DNA of 63,597 bases, filler included, from Octopus bimaculoides (taxonomy: Eukaryota), in assembly GCF_001194135.2 (NCBI RefSeq). It is 7 parts of 6 records of this genome, joined end to end, with 100 filler letters (N's around TTAATTAATTAA, not from the genome) between each part and the next. Parts side by side here need not be neighbours in the genome. Positions count along the whole stretch, not along the records: positions 31,830 to 49,051 come from NC_068990.1; positions 49,152 to 56,315 come from NC_068981.1; positions 56,416 to 61,209 come from NC_068996.1; 4 more parts are not named here. One strand, given 5' to 3'. Both the position numbers and the translations under genes were made by a program. The notes beneath the pieces are model-generated. The model was not told the DNA's origin, did not search any database, and saw nothing but the letters and a program-made list of their open reading frames with translations. This document shows, in pieces, positions 48,004 through 61,209 of this stretch (position 1 is its first letter; each line of letters opens with the position of its first letter).

Positions 48004-48895
48004 AAAGTACGCCATTAATCACCAAATTAGTTACGTTCTTCCTTGAAGATTGATGGAGTGACAGTTCGTTACATATAAACTTACGTATACATTTGCACGG
48101 ATTCGACGACGAGTATTTTGCTTGTTGGATCAACTGATCTCTTTATTCAGTCTCTTACATTATATGTAAAAAAAAAAAAAAAAAGCTCAGTATTTCCCCA
48201 GAAACATGTACGCTTAAAGCAATCCTTCAGTAGAATAAACAACACGCTGCGAGCAATAAAGCCGACATTTTGAAATACAAATAAAATCCATCGGACGAGC
48301 ATTCTGTCAGCTTCTGCCCCGTCTGTTTTATGCAGAGATGTTTTATTTGTAACACGAAGTTATTGTAAAAGACACTTGTTCAGACAGCCATGTAGTGGCA
48401 TCGAACGCGAAATCTCTAATTATGAAACGATCATCTTTATCCACTCAGCTATGGCAACACCTACGGAATTATTACTCTTATGAATTCCACTGACAATAAA
48501 TTACAATGACGATTTATTTTTTATTCTCTTCTCTGATTCATTTTTATATAACGGTAAAGAAAATGTCAATGCCCTGATTCCTCACGTTGATGCCTGCAAA
48601 ACAATACTTGCTCAAAATACACACACACACACACACACACACGTATTTATTTATAGAGATATGTCTGTATTTAGATGTATGTCTGTATGAATGGATATAT
48701 GTGTGTGTGTGTAAAATATGCGACTTTAGTTAATGTGCCGTCAGCGTCTAGGAGGTGGAGTCTTTGTCTCGTTTCACTGTTGTATGTTTTTTCAATATTA
48801 TTGGAAGCCATGACAGGAAGAGATGTACTGGATCTGTAATTATAGTGTAAAAGGTGATTAAACTCGATAACGAGTCAACGGCCACTACACACGCA

Positions 48896-48937
<42 letters not shown>

Positions 48938-49151
48938 GATAAATAAATAGATGGACACATACATACATATATAATATACTGCTCTATAACTTAGAGTGTG
49001 CTTCTATTTCGGATTTATGTTTTACCGACGATATATATATATATATATATANNNNNNNNNNNNNNNNNNNNNNNNNNNNNNNNNNNNNNNNNNNNTTAAT
49101 TAATTAANNNNNNNNNNNNNNNNNNNNNNNNNNNNNNNNNNNNNNNNNNNN

Positions 49152-49241
<90 letters not shown>

Positions 49242-50496
49242 GTAGATACACACACATACATATATGTGTATATTATATATATACACGCATACGTTTATGT
49301 GTTTGTGTATGTGCAAGAGTAATTTCGCGCGTGTGTGTGTGAGAATGTGTGAGTGTGTGCATCCGTGATGTTGTCCAATTTCACGGTTGAGTGCGTCTGA
49401 ATAGATTATAAGAGATAAATTCTCAGGTTCTTGCATATAGGAATTATATTCTCAAGTGCCACATTGAAGAGTCAAACTGCAGGTATAGAACACTTTGATA
49501 TCCAAATGTGAGAGAATCACTTGTATACAACAACAATCATTCATCTCCATAAAGAGCGAACCGAAAGATGATGTTAACATGCAGCTGATGATTGCATTGT
49601 GTTCACCTCTTTGCCCTATTCGGACTTTAAGTCTACATCGCCAACTTTCAGTTCCGACGCTCTCCAGACATGCACCTTGTGTACTATGAAATTATCCTAC
49701 AAAGAAAAGGGGGTTTATAGCTTCAAAAGCTGGCCCTATTGCAATATAGAAATTGGAAAACGTCTTTTTCACTCCGCGTACGTAGAACATCATTCCTTAT
49801 AAACCGAAAGATCAACAATGTTTACGATATATTGTAAATGATATAATACCATATATATATATATANNNNNNNNNNNNNNNNNNNNNNNNNNNNNNNNNNN
49901 NNNNNNNNNNNNNNNNNNNNNNNNNNNNNNNNNNNNNNNNNNNNNNNNNNNNNNNNNNNNNNNNNNNNNNNNNNNNNNNNNNNNNNNNNNNNNNNNNNNN
50001 NNNNNNNNNNNNNNNNNNNNNNNNNNNNNNNNNNNNNNNNNNNNNNNNNNNNNNNNNNNNNNNNNNNNNNNNNNNNNNNNNNNNNNNNNNNNNNNNNNNN
50101 NNNNNNNNNNNNNNNNNNNNNNNNNNNNNNNNNNNNNNNNNNNNNNNNNNNNNNNNNNNNNNNNNNNNNNNNNNNNNNNNNNNNNNNNNNNNNNNNNNNN
50201 NNNNNNNNNNNNNNNNNNNNNNNNNNNNNNNNNNNNNNNNNNNNNNNNNNNNNNNNNNNNNNNNNNNNNNNNNNNNNNNNNNNNNNNNNNNNNNNNNNNN
50301 NNNNNNNNNNNNNNNNNNNNNNNNNNNNNNNNNNNNNNNNNNNNNNNNNNNNNNNNNNNNNNNNNNNNNNNNNNNNNNNNNNNNNNNNNNNNNNNNNNNN
50401 NNNNNNNNNNNNNNNNNNNNNNNNNNNNNNNNNTATATATATATATATATGTTTATCTATCTATCTATTTATCTATCTGTCTATGTGTTATTTCTT

Positions 50497-50720
50497 TACT
50501 ACCCACAAGGGGCTACATACAGACGGAACAAACCAGGACAGACAAACGGATTAAGTCGATTATATCGACCCCAGTGAGTAACTGGTACTTTTTTAATCGA
50601 CCCCGAAAGGATGAAAGACAAAGTCGACCTCGGCGGAATTTGAACTCAGGACGTAGCGGCAGGCGAAATACCGCTAAGCATTTCGCCCGGCGTGCTAACG
50701 TTTCTGCCATCTCACCGCCT
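50497..50720 (-). mobile_element. SINE family B, young, CpGs retained
   Basis: Near-consensus reverse-complement copy. Confidence 0.85.
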
Positions 50721-52048
50721 ATGTGTTTGTGTGTGCGTGTGTGTGCATACGTGTAAAAATTCATGTAATATGTTCGACTGTAATCACATAATTCATAAAG
50801 TTACACATACCCATTGCCATGCTTTGATATCAAATACAATTGCAGTTTTCTAATTATGCATTGATAAAATGAATATATGCTCCATGAGGTAAGTCACAGT
50901 TTGCAAAGAAACCGATCACAGTTTGCAAAGAAACCGATCGCAATGGGGACTTCTCAAATAAGATGGGTTTGTTCTTGCAAATAACGAGGTAGCCTGAATT
51001 AGAAAAAAACTTTGTGAGACCCATCTATGAAATATTTAATTTATCTAAGGAATGAGTAATATTTTGATTTCTGTAGATGTTTTACAATTCGTTTTACTAT
51101 CCGATCCAGTAAATGACCCCAGCCTAAATTCGAAAAGATTTTCCTCAAGCAGTTTCACTAACACCATTTTCCCCCTACTCGTCCTCCTCTCTTTTTTCTT
51201 TAATCGTATTGTTATACGTTTCCTTAACAAATTTAGGCATTTACCCACTGGCGTGTATTATTTCATCAAACGCTTGCTTTCCCTTTTGTTCTGCCATTCT
51301 CTGCTATCTGCACAATTTCGATCCACTACCCTACAAGTTAAAATTGAATCCCCTGACAACAATCTAAATCTCATTTGATTAAGATATCTTTGCCCCTCGT
51401 TTGGATAATTACTACTTCCGAGGTTCTGCTAGCTATGAAACATACGCAGCCAGGATTTTATCTAAGCCATTCGCTAATTTTGGATTTTTATTCGTATACA
51501 TTGCATCCTCAGCTGCTGGCCGTGAATTATATAACTTTTTTCAGATTATCGAATTTCGATACGGGAATACTTTGCAACCTTCCACGTGAATGAACCACTA
51601 TTATTATTGAATGTTGGTTTTTATACCTCCTACGGACTGCTCGAAGCTTACTGACTTTCGTACACCTTGATCCTTTGATCTTACCTTAACACACACACAA
51701 ACCCACAACACACACATGCACATATAGATACGTATGTGTATATATATACGTGTATGTCTCTGTGTGTCTTTTATGCTTTACTTCTAGCACTTCGTCTACA
51801 GTCATACTGTGGCACCACCTTAGAGTGTTTTAGTCGAGCAGATGGTCGTCAGTATTTAATTTCAAAGTTACTACTTCTATAATTTCCTTTTGCCGAATCG
51901 CTAAATTTTGAGATAGAAACAAATAGGCATCGGTTTACGAGTAGTGGAGAAAATACAGAGAAATAGGTTCAAATACATAACACACATACGAACACACGCA
52001 CATATGCACACTTACATACACGCGCGCACACACACACAGACACAAATA

Positions 52049-52420
52049 CGAGGTAGTCTCAAAATGTTTCCGGACTAGTTCTGTAGCGAGTCATCAGATG
52101 ACAACACACGGTTGCGTGCTCAATTATAGCTAGCAGTGACACTTTGCAAGTTGTGAATTTTTTTTTTGTAATCACGTATATCCTACAGTCTGCGATTTTG
52201 ACATGGACCGAAACAATGTATCACCGTGAAAATATCCATTAAACTTAGGACATTGAGTATGCTTCGGCACGTTTATGGTGACGTGGCAATGAGCCGTTGC
52301 AATGTTTCGACGGAGACTGGCGCTTCAAAAGTGCAAGAACATCCCTGGATGACGATATGCGATTTGGAAAACCTAACACAAGTGTCAATCCTGGGAATGT
52401 GGAAGGAGCGAAGGCTGATA
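52049..52420 (+). mobile_element. mariner 5' fragment
   Basis: TA + CGAGGTAGTCTCAAAATGTTTCCGGACT end; HTH-like TLSMLRHVYGDVAMSRCNV..WRFKSARTSLDDDMRFGKPNTS. Confidence 0.7.
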
Positions 52421-53417
52421 CAGCATATATATATGCATGAATATGAATGCGCCTGTATTTTTCAGTATGAACGTGTTTGTAGAAAATTTGTTTATGGACT
52501 AAATTATTACAGTTTTGTCATAGACATAAGCACAGGATTTACGATATTTTGAAACTTCCAAATATCAGAGAATCTTCTGTATAAATCCTTTACTTATCTG
52601 TCATGCTTTGACTCGAAGCTTAATTTTTTAGTACTTGTAAAAGTATGGGCATTGCCACAGTTCATGAAATAGCTTAAACTAGGCAGCGGTTTATATGAAC
52701 TACGCTGTAACAGGTGCAATCGATAATTTAAATCAAAGTTGGCTACTACAAAGTTTACCTCAGGAGAAACGTCTCACGTTGAGGTTCTCTGAAGAGACTT
52801 TTCTCCTTATTGCTACAGAATGGTCGAACACTTGACCACATTATACACAAACGATCTCTTCTTCCACACAAACATAAAAAAAGTTATAAAAATAGTCGCG
52901 AAATATAGTTGAGGAATAATTTTTACAAAACTGAAATGAACATTTATTAATTTTGTAGCCATTAATGTCTTACACAGACGTTGAAGATTATAGGTAGTGC
53001 TATTAATATTTGACATCGAGTGTATCCATGCGTTTAATGATTTCTGTTTCATCTATATTCAAATATTTACATTTATATATTACTGTGTGATCAATCATAT
53101 TACATAATTGTCCAAGCAGAATTTATTCACGTGGCAACGATTTGATAGGATTTTCGTGACGTATCTTTTAACTTTGACATAAAAAGCTGCGTTCCCATGT
53201 AACTACATCATCCCCGTAATATATATACACACAAACACACATAGACATGTATGGATGTGTATGTCTATATATTCGTCGACCTGGGGTTATAAGAGAATAA
53301 ACTAGCTCACGGTAACGCACAGTAGGATGAACCCGAGGTAAAGTTGCTAACATTTACTAGCTATACATCCATGCCCGTAACTTGTAATTGTTATGAATCA
53401 ATATTTAAATTTATTAA

Positions 53418-53625
53418 GGTAGTGAGCTAGCAAAATCGTTAGCACGCCGGTTGAAATGCTCAGCTGCATTTTGTCCGTCCTTACGTCTTGAGATTAAATT
53501 ACGCCATGGTCAACGTTGCCTTTCATCATTTCGGAGTCAATAAAATTAGTACTGGGGTCGAGCAAATCGACTTACTACTTACTCCGATCCTACTGAGCTT
53601 GTGCCAAGATTTGAAACCGATATTT
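53418..53625 (+). mobile_element. SINE family B
   Basis: Head and core. Confidence 0.7.
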
Positions 53626-54269
53626 AAGACTATGTATCTATCTGTCTCTTCTTTTGTGTATGCATATATATATATATATATATATANNNNNNNNNNNNNN
53701 NNNNNNNNNNNNNNNNNNNNNNNNNNNNNNNNNNNNNNNNNNNNNNNNNNNNNNNNNNNNNNNNNNNNNNNNNNNNNNNNNNNNNNNNNNNNNNNNNNNN
53801 NNNNNNNNNNNNNNNNNNNNNNNNNNNNNNNNNNNNNNNNNNNNNNNNNNNNNNNNNNNNNNNNNNNNNNNNNNNNNNNNNNNNNNNNNNNNNNNNNNNN
53901 NNNNNNNNNNNNNNNNNNNNNNNNNNNNNNNNNNNNNNNNNNNNNNNNNNNNNNNNNNNNNNNNNNNNNNNNNNNNNNNNNNNNNNNNNNNNNNNNNNNN
54001 NNNNNNNNNNNNNNNNNNNNNNNNNNNNNNNNNNNNNNNNNNNNNNNNNNNNNNNNNNNNNNNNNNNNNNNNNNNNNNNNNNNNNNNNNNNNNNNNNNNN
54101 NNNNNNNNNNNNNNNNNNNNNNNNNNNNNNNNNNNNNNNNNNNNNNNNNNNNNNNNNNNNNNNNNNNNNNNNNNNNNNNNNNNNNNNNNNNNNNNNNNNN
54201 NNNNNNNNNNNNNNNNNNNNNNNNNNNNNNNNNNNNNNNNNNNNNNNNNNNNNNNNNNNNNNNNNNNNN

Positions 54270-56315
54270 TATTTCTTTTTTATTTATGGGTTTCAGCCAA
54301 GTGGCTGTGGTCATGCTGGAGCATCACCGTGATTTTCTGTCTTTATGCTTTGCTCTCTTCACGTTCCTTGCATGGCTCTTCTCCTGCACCTGATATAGTC
54401 CAATCAAGAGTTTTGATGGCACATCTGGTGTATAAGAGAATTTGACATCGCTGTCCTAAACTGTGTCTCATTTCGAGCCATTGGTTCGTCTGTTATCGTG
54501 GAGAAGAAAGCGTCGAGTTTTGTCTTGAAGACCTCCACATCCGTGTCCTGCAGGTCTCTCAAATGTTTTGGCTAGGCATTGAAGAGCTGAGGTCCTCTGA
54601 AACCGAGGCTGCTGCAGTATCTTGTTCTTACGTGAGATACAGTGGACGGCACCTTTGGCACCATGCAGTGGCGACCCGTGCGGGCATTCCTGTAGTACTT
54701 GATGCGTAAGTATTTTCCATATGTATATTATTACATATCTCTCCCGCCTGCGTTCCAGGGAGTAGAAACCTAGTGCCTTCAGTCGCTCCCTGGAGTTCAT
54801 CTGCTGCACTGTGGCGATCTTTTTTGTATAGTGCCCCTGAATTGCTTCGAGTTCTGCTGTCCGTTTGACACTGTGTGGTGACCACAACTAAGAGCAATAG
54901 TCTAGGCGGCTCAGGACAAATGTCTTCCATAGTGTCAACATGACTTTTTGATCACTTGTACGGAATGTCCTCAGTATCCACCCCGCCAGCTGTCTGCACT
55001 TTGCTGTCAACTTGACAATGTGCATGTGAAATGATGCATCACTACACATGTTGATGCCCAGGTCTCTCACTGCTTGTGGTTCTGGGATTGCAGTACCTCC
55101 AGGTCCTGTGTATGCCAGTTGGGAGGCACTTGTGGCCTTGTAGCGCAGTACTTGAAATTTTTCCGCATTGAACTGCATATTATTTTGCTCTGCCCATTCG
55201 TNNNNNNNNNNNNNNNNNNNNNNNNNNNNNNNNNNNNNNNNNNNNNNNNNNNNNNNNNNNNNNNNNNNNNNNNNNNNNNNNNNNNNNNNNNNNNNNNNNN
55301 CAATATCATCAGGATTCTTTATTGCCTGAGAGAGTTTTGTGTCATCAGCGTAGCTAGTGACAGTGGCTCTCCGAGTGACCGTGGGCATGTCCAGAAGGGT
55401 CACTATGAACAGTAGTGGCCCCAGGACAGTTCCTTGCGGAACACCGCTCAATATTTGCGTTTCCCTAGATAGTTGTCCACTGGCTTCAACTGTCTGACTT
55501 CTACCATTCAGGAAGTCATGCAGCCATTCTCCTAATTTACCAGTTATGCCAAGGTTTCGCAGCTTGTGTCATATCAAGCCATGATCAACTTTGTCAAAAG
55601 CTTTTGCAAAATCGAGATATATCACATCAACATTTGAATGGTCAAGTAGCTGCTACAGGACCCAGTCATAATGCAGGAGCTGCGTGAGGCAGCTTCGACC
55701 TGGACGGAAACCATGCTGGGTCTCATATAGCAAGTCATTTTCTTCTAGGAACGTAATCAATCTCTTTCTGACAATTCGTTCCATGACGTTGCTAATATGT
55801 GAAGTCAGAGAGATGGGCCTGTCGTTCCCAGCCTCTGCTCTGCTTCCGCCTTTATAGATAGGACATATGGTGCCTTCCTTCAGCTTTTTGGGAAGTTTAC
55901 CGTTTGCAAGGAAACTCTGGAAGAGTATCTGGAGTGGTCTTGCTAATTTTTGTTTACACGACTTTAAGAGGACAGCCGGGAAACCATCAGGGACAGTTGC
56001 CGAATTTGAGCTCATTTCGTTTATGGCAGCTATTACATCTTCCTCTTCAATGTCAATGTAGGTAATGGATGCAGTCTTTTTCTGCTGAGTGCTATTGTCA
56101 AAGAAATCAGCTGGGTTCTTTATCTGCATGTGACTCAGAGGAGAAGTGAAGACACTCTTGAATTGTGCACTGAGCACTTCACTTATCCATGTCGGATCTG
56201 CAGTCAGTGAGCCATTAGGCAGGAATAGGGGTCCTATCTTATACTGTACCGTAGCAGTCTCTTTTGCAAATCTATAGAAAGCCTTGGGGTTTGTTTTTAT
56301 GCTTTCTACTGCTCT
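54270..56315 (-). mobile_element. CR1/L2-group LINE, ORF2 remnant with 3' tail
   Basis: NPKAFY, HGFRPGRSCLTQLL, YLDFAKAFDKVDH, GVPQGTVLGPLLF, YADDTKL and SLERRRERY, with stops and frameshifts. The 5' part is cut by the spacer at 56316. Confidence 0.92.
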
Positions 56316-56415
56316 NNNNNNNNNNNNNNNNNNNNNNNNNNNNNNNNNNNNNNNNNNNNTTAATTAATTAANNNNNNNNNNNNNNNNNNNNNNNNNNNNN
56401 NNNNNNNNNNNNNNN

Positions 56416-56462
<47 letters not shown>

Positions 56463-57370
56463 TTGCTATTATGCAAAAGTGTCATAAGTCCATAATGTTG
56501 CTTTTTCAGAAAACGAAAATATAGTTTTACCATTCCATAGCAAAACCGTTTTACTACATTTTGACAGTTTTTGATGTCTTGGCATCTGAGGCAGCTGGAG
56601 ATACGACAGTTTGACCAGAAGAACTGGCTAGTGCAAGCAAAAATAAATATTGCAAAAAAAATGCATTTGGCCAAATTTGGACACATGACAGTTTAACATA
56701 ATAGCAATGATATATATTCGTAGAAAAAAGAAATTGAAAATGCACTGCAATTCATTTAGATTTTTTTATTTAAAAATTTTTAGACTTAACCAGTTTCAAA
56801 ATTTGAGATAGAAAGATGTGGAGCTGTGTTGCAACTGCCTTTCTTCTGCAGTTACAACATAGTTCCATGTATCTCTCTCTCAACTTTTGAAAATCAGAGA
56901 AATCTGTGAAACTGGTTAAACCTTTAAAAACTAAAAAATAAAAATTTAAACGAATCCCAGTGAATTTTCAACTTCTACTTTTTTTATATATCTACCTATG
57001 TGAAATAAAATAACTTTGTTTTCTATGTATGTATGTGCATGTGTGTGCATGCATGTTTGTTCATGCATGTGCAAATAATTATGAGACCATTCTGTGCAAT
57101 GGTAACATCACTACAGCTCCGCTATAAAAGCCATTGTTTGTGTTTGGACACAACTGGTGATGTTTGTTGACTTTTCTTACCAACAAACCACCTGATACTT
57201 CTGAACTTTTGAATTGTTCTGGAATACAAAATCCTCCACTTGAATAAACAGGTGAAGGTTGGCAACGGAAATAGCATCTGCCCAGAAAATTCTTGCTTCA
57301 AATTACCTCTCAGTCAAATCCATATCAGCAAACAAGAACAGATGTTAAATGGAATGAGCTAATGAGAGAG

Positions 57371-57491
<121 letters not shown>

Positions 57492-57764
57492 TAGATCATG
57501 TGATAGCTAGGCTATCAGATATCATTATACATCACTAGTCACAATGCACTTTGCATCATTTTACTTTCGAATGATGCAACCTTGCTGGCTAGGCAAGCAG
57601 GCTAACATTCCCTCTGATCAGGTTCACCCATTTACAGCTGAGTGGACTGGAGTGCCATGAAATGAAGTGTTTTGCTCTAAAACACAATACAATGCTTGGT
57701 CTGGGAATTGAACCCACAATCTGGTGATTGTGAGTGAAACAACCTACCGACTAGGCCATGTGTA

Positions 57765-58664
57765 TTGGGTCAGCCCATAAATGATGTGGTCTTTTATACT
57801 TATTTTTCAGAATTTTTTTAATCTAAAATAATCTTAATCTTTTTTAATCTAAAATATACTCTCCTCTATTTTCTACAATGCTCTTCCATCTATCTGGTAG
57901 ATTTGCAAAGCCCCTCTTCCAAAATTCAGTTGTCTGTGATAAAAAATACTCCTCAAATGTTGTTCTGATTTCATCTACAGAATTGATATCTCTTTTGTCC
58001 AAATGATTTTGAAGACTGCGGAATAAATGATAATCAGATGGGGCAATGTCTGGTGAATATAGTGGATAGGACATCGTTTCCCATTCAGACTGCTCCAGCC
58101 TTTGGAATGTCATCCTCGTTGTATGTGGCTGAGCATTATCCTGATGGAAGAACAGCTTTTGTCTTGAAACTAAAGATGGTCGATGAATGGTTGAATGACC
58201 AAATCCAAGCTTCTCTGCTAGTTCTTCAACAGGTACGATGGGATTTTGTTCCACCAAAGTTTGAAGGGCAATCTCGTTGAGCTCTACAGATCTTCCAAGA
58301 GAAGTCTCGCCTTCTAGGCTGTAGTTTCTGGCTCGGAATTCCTGGAACTACCGTTGACAATGGCTTACACTTATTGTTCGATCACCATATACTGCATTAA
58401 TATTCCTTGCACTTTCTGTTGCATTGTTGCCTTTATTGAACTCATAAAGCAAAATATGCCGAATATACTCCTTTGTCGCTTCAATTATAGCTTTGAAAAA
58501 ATAACTGTTAAAATCGGACTGCACTCTTCAAAACTTGTACTAAGAATAAAGACAAGGTAAAATTACTACCTGCTTTTATTGCAAGTTGATGCAAGTAGTT
58601 TATCCCACCCCACTCCGACTTTTCATGCAATTGAAAAAACCACATTATTTATGGGATGACCTAA
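57765..58664 (-). mobile_element. 900-bp internally deleted mariner (DD34D) with both TIRs and TA duplication
   Basis: 24-bp TIRs at 57765-88 and 58641-64 (3 mismatches), TA at 57763-64 and 58665-66. HTH (EYIRHILLYEFNKGNNATES) is joined to QDNAQPH..YSPDIAPSDY, with 34 residues between the two Asps. Confidence 0.92.
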
Positions 58665-58926
58665 TATATATGTAGTGGAAAAGGTGTATCAGTAGATATT
58701 GAGGTAGCAGATGAAATAAACATGTGCACGACTTCAAAGTAAACAATGAAATAACATCGATTTGTAGTTTAAATAATTCATTTAAACAACACTTGCACTT
58801 GCTTGTTGTATACACAAATCTTCACTACATCAATTTGTTACCAACTGCTTCGAGCTGGTGAAGAAATCAACAGGATGCATACTGTGAATGTGATAGTGTA
58901 AAACAGGACATGTCTTGTGTCTGTGT

Positions 58927-59570
58927 GTGCGTTGGTCACTTAGTGGTGTCTTTTTAGGTTCTGGGATATTGTCTGTCGTTCATGTTGAACATCTGAGAAA
59001 CAACTGGCTGGCTGTGTTGTGCACGTCTCTCTCCATCACTGACTTTACTATCTGTCCCTTTATGGTTTACTTTATTTATTACAAGTCATGGCAACTAGAA
59101 GGACAGACATACCCCAAGAGAAATTGTGCCTAAACAGGTCAACCCCTATCCGTTTGAAATTCACCTGACATGGCTGAGGTCGAAGGTCAAAGGGAAACGA
59201 TCCATCCTGTTTTGACAGGACAAAGAAATTTCTTTCGTGCCTGTTTGGTCAATGGTGGATCAGACGAGTGAGAATCCTTAGATTCAGTTTCGAATCTAAG
59301 CTCGGAGGAAGAAAGTATTAGTGCGTTGGTCATTTAGTGGTGTCTGTTTAGGTTCTGCGATATCGTCTGTCATTCGTGTTGAATATCTGAGAAATTACTG
59401 GCTGGCTATCTCGTGCTTGTCTCTCTCCATCCCTGACTTGACTGTCTGTCCCTTTACAGATTACTTTATTTATAATGAGGTGTAGCTGCTAGAAAGACAG
59501 GCATACCGCAGGAGAAATTGTGTTTAAATAAGTCAACTCCTGTCCATTAGAACTTCACCTGACATGGCTG
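58927..59570. repeat. Diverged tandem repeat, period 394 bp; unit 2 continues at 60471-60610
   Basis: GTGCGTTGGTCA at 58927 and 59321; ACCTGACATGGCTG ends at 59176 and 59570. Confidence 0.8.
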
Positions 59571-59579
59571 GAATGAGAG

Positions 59580-59622
<43 letters not shown>

Positions 59623-60399
59623 TAAATATATAGGGATTGACAGTAACCTGCTTCTCCAACATACTAATTGATGATTCCCTGCCCTGCATATCTATATATA
59701 TATANNNNNNNNNNNNNNNNNNNNNNNNNNNNNNNNNNNNNNNNNNNNNNNNNNNNNNNNNNNNNNNNNNNNNNNNNNNNNNNNNNNNNNNNNNNNNNNN
59801 NNNNNNNNNNNNNNNNNNNNNNNNNNNNNNNNNNNNNNNNNNNNNNNNNNNNNNNNNNNNNNNNNNNNNNNNNNNNNNNNNNNNNNNNNNNNNNNNNNNN
59901 NNNNNNNNNNNNNNNNNNNNNNNNNNNNNNNNNNNNNNNNNNNNNNNNNNNNNNNNNNNNNNNNNNNNNNNNNNNNNNNNNNNNNNNNNNNNNNNNNNNN
60001 NNNNNNNNNNNNNNNNNNNNNNNNNNNNNNNNNNNNNNNNNNNNNNNNNNNNNNNNNNNNNNNNNNNNNNNNNNNNNNNNNNNNNNNNNNNNNNNNNNNN
60101 NNNNNNNNNNNNNNNNNNNNNNNNNNNNNNNNNNNNNNNNNNNNNAGGTGACACATGAGGTTTTTCAAGTGAGATGAGCGTGGCCGTTGCCAGTACCGCC
60201 TGACTGGCCTTTGTGCGGGTGACACGTAAAAGCACCCACTACACTCTCTGAGTGGTTGGCGTTAGGAACGGCATCCAGCTGTAGAAACTCTGCCAAATCA
60301 GATTGGAGCCTGGTGTAGCCATCTGGTTTCACCAGTCCTCAGTCAAATCATCCAACCCATGCTAGCATGGAAAACGGACGTTAAACGACGATATATATA

Positions 60400-60470
60400 G
60401 GAATGAGAACCCAGGTTTGAAATTTCCCCAAGACACCTGATGAAGGCTGGAGGGTATATCAGCTGAAACG
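60400..60470 (+). mobile_element. Truncated family-1 hammerhead repeat
   Basis: GGAATGAGAACCCAGG...GACACCTGATGAAGGCTGGAGGGTATATCAGCTGAAACG, ending before the UH cleavage triplet. Confidence 0.7.
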
Positions 60471-60760
60471 GAGGTCAAAGGGAAATGATCCATCATTTTT
60501 TGACTGGATTAAGAAATTTCTTTTGTGCCTGTTTGGTCAATGGTGGATCAATCAGATGAGCGAGAATCCTTAGATTCAGTTTCGAATCTAAGGTCAGAGA
60601 AATGAAGTGTTAGGTTTTACATATATGAATAGAATGAACTGATCAAATATATAATCTTCATCAATATTGTTTTAAAGTTCACCTTCTCAATTTTGCATGG
60701 GTCAGACAAAATTTGTTGAGGCAAGTTTTCTCTGACCAGATGTCTTCCTCCATCACGTGT

Positions 60761-60803
<43 letters not shown>

Positions 60804-60813
60804 NNNNNNNNNN

Positions 60814-60844
<31 letters not shown>

Positions 60845-60845
60845 T

Positions 60846-61169
60846 CTGAGTTCAGTCCCACTGTGTGGTGCCTTAGTCAAGTGTCTTCTACTATAGCCTC
60901 AGGCCAGCTAAGGCCTTATGTGTGGATTTGGTAGAAGCCCATTGTATGTTTATATATATATATGTGTGTGTATGTTTGTTTGTTCACCAATCACTGCTTG
61001 ACAACCAGTGTTGGTGTGTTTGCATCCCTGTAACTTAGTGGTTTGGCAAAGAGACCGATGAGATAAGTACCAGGCTTAAAAAAGAAGTCCTTGGATCAAT
61101 TCATTCATTAAACTAAAAATTCAAGGTAGTGCCCCAGCATGGCCACAGTTTAATGACTGAAACAAATAA

Positions 61170-61170
<1 letters not shown>
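60846..61170 (+). mobile_element. SINE family A, 5'-truncated
   Basis: From the B box to the tail. Confidence 0.75.

Positions 61171-61209
<39 letters not shown>

Noticed and set aside
51000-51600. Several 60-110 aa ORFs in unique-looking sequence
   Set aside because: No splice-consistent model or recognisable motif; possibly an old transposon remnant, but I cannot support a call.
52763-52830. 13-bp hairpin GGAGAAACGTCTC/GAGACTTTTCTCC overlapping CTGAAGAGAC..GTCGAAC
   Set aside because: The GAAA is incomplete and stems I and III cannot be formed; treated as a decayed repeat.
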